This document shows, in pieces, positions 34,555 through 40,726 of a stretch of DNA of 40,726 nucleotides (position 1 is its first letter; the number at the start of each line of letters is the position of its first letter). The notes beneath the pieces are model-generated. The model did not search any database. It saw only the letters and a list, made by a program, of their open reading frames with translations, and was not told where the DNA came from. Source of the stretch: Candidatus Doudnabacteria bacterium RIFCSPHIGHO2_12_FULL_48_16 (lineage in GTDB: Bacteria; Patescibacteriota; Doudnabacteria; UBA920; O2-02-FULL-48-8); contig MFEY01000008.1 of assembly GCA_001780035.1 (NCBI GenBank), positions 43,371 through 84,096 on the forward strand, in the 5' to 3' direction. The translations under genes were made by a program, and so were the position numbers.

Positions 34555-37500
34555 TAAATACAATTTAGTCGCAGAGAATCCTCAAAGCACCGTCGTCGCG
34601 GAATATTCGCCAGACGGTCATCGTGTTGCACACTACCAAAGTGAGGCGGATTTGGAACGGGTATTTATAGAACAACTTGCAACGCAAGCATATGAGTATC
34701 TACCTATCACCTCCGAGGCCGATCTGACATTAAACCTCCGTCTGCAACTGGAGAAGCTTAATGGTTTTACATTCACCGATACCGAGTGGGACCGTTTCTT
34801 TACAGGTGAGCTTGCCAACCCGAATCAAAGCGTTGAAGAAAAGACAGCAACTATTCAAGAAGACCACATCAAGAACCTGACGCGCGAGGACGGTACGGTA
34901 AAAAATGTATACCTCCTCAAAAAGGACAATATTCACGATAATAGTCTGCAGGTGATCAATCAATACGCGACGGATGAGGGACAGCGCGCCAACCGCTATG
35001 ACGTGACGGTACTGGTAAACGGCTTGCCGTTGGTGCATATAGAACTTAAGCGCCGCGGGGTTGCTATTCAGGAAGCCTTCAATCAGATCAATCGTTATCA
35101 GCGTGAAAGCTTCTTTGCTTCCGCAGGACTTTTTGAATACGTGCAACTGTTTATTATTTCAAACGGCACACACACAAAGTATTACAGCAATACGACACGT
35201 AAAGAGCATATCAAAGAAGTCAGTACCGGTACGGCGAAAAAAGGTAAGCGAGCAAGCAATAGTTTTGAGTTTACGAGTTGGTGGGCAGATGCTACCAACC
35301 GACCCATTACAGACTTAATGGACTTTGCCAAAACTTTTTTTGCGAAGCACACACTTTTGAATATTTTGACCCGCTACTGCGTGTTTACTACCGACAAACA
35401 GCTCTTGGTGATGCGACCGTATCAGATAGTGGCAACAGAGCGAATACTGAGTCGCATCGAAGTAAGTACAAACTATAAAAAGCTCGGCACGGTAGAGGCT
35501 GGCGGGTATATTTGGCACACGACGGGATCAGGAAAAACCTTGACCAGCTTCAAGACTGCACAGTTGGTGAGTAAATTGCCGTATGTAGATAAGGTGGTTT
35601 TTATTGTTGACCGTAAGGATTTGGACTATCAGACGATGCGAGAATACGACAAGTTTGAAAAAGGTGCGGCCAATAGCAATACGAGTACGGCGATTTTGAA
35701 GCGTCAGCTAGAGAATCCGAACGCGCGCATCATCATCACAACTATTCAGAAACTCGATCGTTTTATTGGACGGAATTCTGGTCATACAATTTTTGATGGT
35801 CATGTCGTGCTTATCTTTGACGAATGTCATCGTTCACAGTTTGGCGATATGCACGCCGCTATTACCAAGACATTTAAGAGCTACCATCTCTTTGGATTTA
35901 CCGGCACCCCGATTTTTGCGATGAATGCATCATCGGGTGGCCGACTCGATTTGAAGACCACTGAGCAAGCTTTTGGTGAAAAACTGCACACATACACTAT
36001 TGTGGATGCTATCGCTGATAAAAATGTTTTGCCGTTTAAGGTTGATTATGTTTCTACCGTCCATGAAGCTGAGAATATTGAAGATAAGAAAGTGAGCGAT
36101 ATTGATCGTGAAGCAGTGCTCGCCTCACCCGAACGATTGGCAAATATTGTTGGCTACATTCGTGAGCATTTTGATCAAAAGACCAAGCGCAATAGTTTTT
36201 ATAAGTTGAAAGACCGGAGGCTCGCTGGCTTTAACTCAATTTTTGCAGTTTCATCTATTGATGCGGCAAAGAAATATTACGCCGAATTCAAAAAACAACT
36301 TGCGGACGTGCCAAGTGACAAGCGTCTAAAGGTAGCAACTATCTATAGTTTTGGAGTGAACGACGAGGATGCGGATGGAATGATAGATGAAAATTCAGAG
36401 GATACGACAGGACTCGATGTGAGCTCGAGGGATTTCCTAGACGCCGCTATCACTGATTACAATGCGATGTTTGGGACATCCTACAATACCTCATCTGATA
36501 AGTTTCAGAATTACTATAAAGATGTCAGTCAGCGGGTAAAGGATAGAGAGATCGATATTCTTATCGTGGTCAATATGTTCTTGACTGGCTTTGATGCAAC
36601 GACTCTTAATACACTTTGGGTAGATAAAAATTTGCGATTGCACGGCTTGCTTCAAGCATTTTCGCGTACGAATCGTATTTTAAACAGCGTGAAGACATTC
36701 GGAAATATTGTTTGTTTCCGCAATCTAGAAAAAGCAACCAATGAATCCATTGCGCTTTTTGGTGACAAAGAAGCGAGTGGCATTGTACTCTTGAAATCAT
36801 ATGCCGAGTATTACCACGGATATGAAGATGGCGATAAAGAGATACGTGGCTATGCAAGCTTTGTCGCAGAGCTTTTAGAAAAGTTCCCCGTTGGAGAAAG
36901 AATTATTGGGGAGCAGAACCAAAAAGATTTTATCAAGCTTTATAGCGCGATCTTGCGCGTGCGTAATATTTTAACGACCTTTGATGAGTTTACTGGGAAT
37001 GAGATCTTGTCCGAGCGAGACATTCAAGATTATCACAGTGCATACATTGACCTTTACAATGATTTTCGTAAAGGCGCGGAGGATGCCAAGGAAAACATCA
37101 ACGATGACTTAGTGTTTGAAATGGAGCTTATTAAACAGGTAGAGATAAATATCGACTACGTGTTAGGGCTCATCAAAAAATACCACCAAGATCACAACAA
37201 GAATCGTGAACTTTTGATTGATATTAATAAAGCCATAGACTCAAGTGTTGAGCTCCGTAACAAAAAAGATCTCATCAACCAGTTTATATCGTCGCTCGAT
37301 ATACAGTCTGTGGTTGATGACGATTGGCAGAAGTTTGTCGAAGGAAAAAAGGTTGAAGAACTTGAACAAATTATTGCGAGCGAAAGTCTTGATCACGATG
37401 CGACGTACATGTTTGTACGAAATGCGTTCCGTGATGGTAACTTGGCAACGACTGGTACGGCAATCACTAAGGTTCTGCCGCCGGTATCTCGATTTTCTCC

Positions 37501-37606
37501 GACCGGTGAGCGTACCCAAAAACGTGAAAGTGTTCTAAGTAAACTGACGAGCTTCTTTGAGAGGTTCTTCGATATTTCGGGTGGCAGATTTCCGGGTCAA
37601 AAGTGA
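34541..37606 (+). CDS. hsdR: Type I restriction endonuclease subunit R
   Basis: The N-terminal nuclease region has VLVNGLPLVHIELKRRG. The helicase motifs are TGSGKTLTS and FDECHRSQ. The length is 1021 aa and the gene overlaps hsdS by 14 nt. Confidence 0.95.
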   Translation: MSQHNKYNLVAENPQSTVVAEYSPDGHRVAHYQSEADLERVFIEQLATQAYEYLPITSEADLTLNLRLQLEKLNGFTFTDTEWDRFFTGELANPNQSVEEKTATIQEDHIKNLTREDGTVKNVYLLKKDNIHDNSLQVINQYATDEGQRANRYDVTVLVNGLPLVHIELKRRGVAIQEAFNQINRYQRESFFASAGLFEYVQLFIISNGTHTKYYSNTTRKEHIKEVSTGTAKKGKRASNSFEFTSWWADATNRPITDLMDFAKTFFAKHTLLNILTRYCVFTTDKQLLVMRPYQIVATERILSRIEVSTNYKKLGTVEAGGYIWHTTGSGKTLTSFKTAQLVSKLPYVDKVVFIVDRKDLDYQTMREYDKFEKGAANSNTSTAILKRQLENPNARIIITTIQKLDRFIGRNSGHTIFDGHVVLIFDECHRSQFGDMHAAITKTFKSYHLFGFTGTPIFAMNASSGGRLDLKTTEQAFGEKLHTYTIVDAIADKNVLPFKVDYVSTVHEAENIEDKKVSDIDREAVLASPERLANIVGYIREHFDQKTKRNSFYKLKDRRLAGFNSIFAVSSIDAAKKYYAEFKKQLADVPSDKRLKVATIYSFGVNDEDADGMIDENSEDTTGLDVSSRDFLDAAITDYNAMFGTSYNTSSDKFQNYYKDVSQRVKDREIDILIVVNMFLTGFDATTLNTLWVDKNLRLHGLLQAFSRTNRILNSVKTFGNIVCFRNLEKATNESIALFGDKEASGIVLLKSYAEYYHGYEDGDKEIRGYASFVAELLEKFPVGERIIGEQNQKDFIKLYSAILRVRNILTTFDEFTGNEILSERDIQDYHSAYIDLYNDFRKGAEDAKENINDDLVFEMELIKQVEINIDYVLGLIKKYHQDHNKNRELLIDINKAIDSSVELRNKKDLINQFISSLDIQSVVDDDWQKFVEGKKVEELEQIIASESLDHDATYMFVRNAFRDGNLATTGTAITKVLPPVSRFSPTGERTQKRESVLSKLTSFFERFFDISGGRFPGQK

Positions 37607-37656
37607 TAGGGCGTATGTCCGGCCGAAAATGCATATCGAAAAATTTTCAAATATTT

Positions 37657-37664
37657 GCTATAAT
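37657..37664 (+). promoter_or_regulatory. Extended -10 element TGcTATAAT upstream of the ParB-like gene
   Basis: TG at 37657-37658 and TATAAT at 37659-37664. The ATG at 37679 lies about 15 nt downstream. Confidence 0.5.
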
Positions 37665-37678
37665 ATAAATAAGAACAT

Positions 37679-39085
37679 ATGGCAAAAACAGTAGCAAAAC
37701 CTAATTACGATCAATGGCCTCGGGAGAAAGTAAAAATCACCGATCTTTTTCTTGATTCAAAAAATATTCGGTTGGATGGTGGCGCGAACCTTTCACAGGG
37801 TGCTTTAATCAACGACCTATTTTCCAATGAAGACGCTATGCAGGTTTTGAAAAGCATAGCCGTTAATGGCTTTTTCCCTGACGAGATTCCTGTCACGGTA
37901 AAAGAGGATAAAAAATTCACGGTTTTAGAAGGTAACAGACGCGTAGCGGCTGTTAAGGCATTATTGAGACCAGAGATTGTTCCATCTAAAGAATCTGCGA
38001 TCAAAGAGATATTAAAATCAGCTGTTACAGTTTCAGATGAGCGTGAGGTGGTAGTGGCGCCAGACCGAGATTCGGCTATGATTTTTTTGGCGAATAAACA
38101 TACGCTGAATACAAAGCGAAGATGGAGGCCGCTGAGGCAGGCTTATTTCTACAGGGCTGAGCTGGATCGGGGTAAGACTGTTCAAAATCTAAGGGATGAT
38201 TATCCAACTGTCGACATTGGCAAATTTTTGCGATTGTTGAATGTTCACAAAATAGCGAAATCCATTAAATACGACTCGGAGACAATCGCCAAAAAGGTGC
38301 ATAATGAAAAAAGTTTTCCAGCGTCCACAATCGAGAGGTTGTACGAAGACAAGCGGGTGAGGGATTTCTTAGGCTTTGATTTCGACGGGGATGGAGAAGT
38401 AAAAATCAACATCGATAAAAAAGAATTTGAAAAAGGATTCAAGAAGGTCGTTGAAGATGTTGTTGAAAAGAATGTGGATTCGCGTGCCTTAAACGCGGAA
38501 AAAGACAGGAAAGCATACCTCGACAATTTTCCGAAATCGGACATACCAAGTAAAACCAAGGGCGACAAAGTCGTTACGAGTAAGGATTTCACTGAGGCTA
38601 GTTTGGCTTACACGCATAAAAGGACAAAGCTCGCTCCAAAAGATGTGAAGTTTTCGTTGTCGGCACCAGCAGTGAAAAGAATGCTGATCGAGTTGCAAGG
38701 CATCGATTACCATAAATTTCCAAATGCCACGCATGATCTACTCCGGAGTTTTCTAGAGTGTGCTCTCAAGGCTTATTTTGATCATTGCGGTAATTCAATA
38801 AAACCAGTTAAGGGTAAGAATTATGTCTTTCTCGATGATGTTTTGAAAGCTTTTAAAAGCGAGATGGACACCGATAAAAATACCCAGCTTTCACAGGTCA
38901 CGCAAAAAATAATCAGTGACACAACGATGATTTCGTATTCGGCGCAAGCCATGAATGCGACAAATCATAATCCTAGCGTTTTTGCGACCGATAAAGAGGT
39001 TGAGGAAGCTTGGGATGCAATGGAAAAAATGTTCCGTTACATTCTTGATCCTAAGCCAAAACAAAATGCAAAAAATAACCCATAA
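37679..39085 (+). CDS. ParB/Srx-fold N-terminal domain protein (468 aa), function unknown
   Basis: ITDLFLDSKNIRL and TVLEGNRRVAAVKAL correspond to the ParB N-terminal domain boxes (GxRR arginine patch). I do not recognise the remaining 350 or so aa. Confidence 0.6.
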   Translation: MAKTVAKPNYDQWPREKVKITDLFLDSKNIRLDGGANLSQGALINDLFSNEDAMQVLKSIAVNGFFPDEIPVTVKEDKKFTVLEGNRRVAAVKALLRPEIVPSKESAIKEILKSAVTVSDEREVVVAPDRDSAMIFLANKHTLNTKRRWRPLRQAYFYRAELDRGKTVQNLRDDYPTVDIGKFLRLLNVHKIAKSIKYDSETIAKKVHNEKSFPASTIERLYEDKRVRDFLGFDFDGDGEVKINIDKKEFEKGFKKVVEDVVEKNVDSRALNAEKDRKAYLDNFPKSDIPSKTKGDKVVTSKDFTEASLAYTHKRTKLAPKDVKFSLSAPAVKRMLIELQGIDYHKFPNATHDLLRSFLECALKAYFDHCGNSIKPVKGKNYVFLDDVLKAFKSEMDTDKNTQLSQVTQKIISDTTMISYSAQAMNATNHNPSVFATDKEVEEAWDAMEKMFRYILDPKPKQNAKNNP

Positions 39086-39914
39086 AAGAAATCAGAAGTT
39101 CCATTATAGTCCATTGAGATACCCTGGTGGCAAGACTTTTCTGTTTCCATTTTTTGATAATGTAATAAAAGAAAATGGATTAGAAAAAGTCACTTATGTT
39201 GAACCGTTTGCTGGTGGTGCCGGAGCGGCCCTAGCCCTGCTTTTTTTGGAGAAGGTTGATCACATTGTTATTAACGACCTTGATAAGGCAATCTACTCGT
39301 TTTGGAGATCGGCAATTTTCGATTCAGCAAAATTTATAAAAAAGATACATTCGACACCTATTACAATAAAGGAGTGGAAGAAACAGAAAGCGATTTATAG
39401 CGATGCACGAGCTCCACGATTTGAGCGTGGTTTTGCCACCTTTTTCCTCAACAGGACAAACGTATCTGGCATTCTGGATGGTGGGCCTATCGGCGGCGTA
39501 AAACAAAAAGGTAATTATAAAATCGATGCCAGATTCAATAAGGAAAGACTTGCCGAAAGGATTCATCAGTTGTCTCTCTATAAAAACCGTATATCAGTTT
39601 TCAATAGGGACGGGCTCGATCTTATTAAAGATTATTTGAACAAGAAAAACACCTTTATATACCTTGATCCTCCATATTTTGAAAAAGGCGCAACCCTGTA
39701 TTTGAACCACTACAAAAAAGACAACCATGAGGCCTTGGCAAACCAGCTCAATAAAAATGCCGATGCTTTTTGGCTACTAACTTACGATAATAAAAAAGAA
39801 ATTAAATCTTTATACCCCGACCGGCGCATCATCAACTTCACTTTGAATTACAACGCATATGAATCCCGAAAGGGTAGAGAAGTTATGATCCTGTCTGATG
39901 CGTTAGCTGGATAG
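39066..39914 (+). CDS. Dam-family (D12 class) N6-adenine DNA methyltransferase
   Basis: LRYPGGK, EPFAGGAGAAL (motif I) and YLDPPY (motif IV) are present. The ATG at 39066 overlaps the ParB-like gene by 20 nt. Confidence 0.8.
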   Translation: MQKITHKRNQKFHYSPLRYPGGKTFLFPFFDNVIKENGLEKVTYVEPFAGGAGAALALLFLEKVDHIVINDLDKAIYSFWRSAIFDSAKFIKKIHSTPITIKEWKKQKAIYSDARAPRFERGFATFFLNRTNVSGILDGGPIGGVKQKGNYKIDARFNKERLAERIHQLSLYKNRISVFNRDGLDLIKDYLNKKNTFIYLDPPYFEKGATLYLNHYKKDNHEALANQLNKNADAFWLLTYDNKKEIKSLYPDRRIINFTLNYNAYESRKGREVMILSDALAG

Positions 39915-39937
39915 TACAGAAAATAGCTATTGAATTT

Positions 39938-40264
39938 ATGAAACTCGGCATTATATTACAATCAAATAAACCCGAACATGTGTGGAATACGTTCCGCCTT
40001 GGGATCACCACACTTAAGGCAGGTCATCAAGCAGAAATCTTTTTGATGAGCGAGGGCTCAGAACTCGATTCTATTCCCGACAGCAAGGATTTTGATATTT
40101 CCGTAAAAGTATCTGAATTCAAAGAATTAAAAGGTGGGATATACGCCTGCGGCAGTTGCTTGAAGGTGCGTGGTAAGGGAGAGAGTAAAATCTGCCCTAT
40201 TTCTACAATGTCCGACTTGCTCAAAATGATTGAGAGTTCAGACAAAGTTTTAGTGTTTGGCTAA
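39938..40264 (+). CDS. DsrE/DsrF-like family protein
   Basis: 108 aa. MKLGIILQSNKPEHVWNTFRLG...IYACGSCLKVRG fits the DsrE-fold small-protein pattern. Confidence 0.55.
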   Translation: MKLGIILQSNKPEHVWNTFRLGITTLKAGHQAEIFLMSEGSELDSIPDSKDFDISVKVSEFKELKGGIYACGSCLKVRGKGESKICPISTMSDLLKMIESSDKVLVFG

Positions 40265-40273
40265 CTTAAAAAT

Positions 40274-40726
40274 ATGAAAAGGCTTATTTTCACAATTTTC
40301 GCGGCAATCGTCATTGGCTCATTTGCTCCAAATGTGAATGCCCAAATGATGAGTAATTTTTCCAATACTCAAGTTGATTGGAACGAGGTCGTTGAGCACA
40401 CTGCCCGTGAAGAACAGGAGGGCAAAGAGCTTTGGAATAAACTGCAAGCAAAAGAAGTTGTTTGTGCCGACCTAAACGATGAGCAATATGGCGTGCTCGG
40501 AGAATACTTTATGGGGACTATGTCCGGTGAGTCGCACGCCACCATGAACGCCATGATGATTCAGGCACATGGCGAAGACGGCGAGGAACAGATTCATGTT
40601 GTCATGGGCAAACGACTCTCTGGTTGCAATACGTCAGCGGCATTTCCTGCCATAAGCGGTGGCTGGATGCCGATGATGAATATGATGTGGGGAGGGTGGT
40701 CGTCTCCCTTTGGCAGTAATAATTTA
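40274..40726 (+). CDS. Secreted Met-rich protein (3' end outside window)
   Basis: This ORF is not in the supplied track because it has no stop in the window. The ATG is at 40274 and the signal peptide is MKRLIFTIFAAIVIGSFAPNVNA-Q. The frame is open through 40726. Met-rich stretches include HATMNAMMIQAHG and GGWMPMMNMMWGGW. Confidence 0.6.
   Translation, partial: MKRLIFTIFAAIVIGSFAPNVNAQMMSNFSNTQVDWNEVVEHTAREEQEGKELWNKLQAKEVVCADLNDEQYGVLGEYFMGTMSGESHATMNAMMIQAHGEDGEEQIHVVMGKRLSGCNTSAAFPAISGGWMPMMNMMWGGWSSPFGSNNL

Overview
This looks like a chromosomal segment from a small-genome bacterium that mostly lacks Shine-Dalgarno sites. My guess is a CPR/Patescibacteria-like organism, but that is inference only. 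I call 46 protein-coding genes, or 47 CDS entries counting the nested +1 frame inside the methyltransferase gene. All but one are on the + strand.

Layout:
(i) 1-11.7 kb, housekeeping. It holds the murC 3' end, an ABC-2 permease, hpf and a polyamine module (SpeA-like arginine decarboxylase, deoxyhypusine-synthase-like protein, agmatinase). The module is interrupted by an antisense ACT-like gene, a GC-rich two-gene cassette with Shine-Dalgarno sites, and an EamA transporter. A small self-contained GC-rich cassette and secA follow.
(ii) About 11.7-23.5 kb, a phage-derived island. It encodes a SymE/AbrB-like protein, an AAA_24 (Sak4-like) ATPase, a RepO-like initiator, a C5 DNA methyltransferase, a KH protein, a PD-(D/E)XK-like nuclease, a ParB-fused N6/N4 methyltransferase, and small plus GpA-type large terminase. 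I recognise no integrase, portal or capsid gene. The island ends in secreted-protein genes.
(iii) 24.5-29.5 kb. This part has an excisionase-type HTH protein, mltG, an OmpR-type response regulator, a histidine kinase and an isoprenoid-synthase-fold protein.
(iv) 29.6-39.9 kb, a defence island. One tight operon runs fic, PD-(D/E)XK/DUF5655-like gene, hsdM, hsdS, hsdR. A separately promoted ParB/Srx-like protein plus Dam-family methyltransferase pair follows, then a DsrE-like protein and a Met-rich secreted protein (3' end outside the window).

Most notable observations:
(1) The phage C5-methyltransferase gene (15771-17006) contains a second, 325-codon open +1 frame (15916-16893). That frame carries repeated LPTP-type motifs and an EWMMGYPxNWT motif, while the methyltransferase frame is low-complexity where its target-recognition domain should be. 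An A7 tract sits at the junction.
(2) hsdS carries four perfect 12-nt repeats and a (GA)12 tract at the junction between the central conserved region and TRD2. One-unit changes in the (GA) tract truncate the protein.
(3) The ParB-like plus Dam-like operon is a candidate non-classical restriction-modification or defence pair.
(4) GC-rich cassettes with Shine-Dalgarno sites are embedded in a genome that otherwise lacks them.

All domain calls rest on motif recognition by eye. No searches were run.
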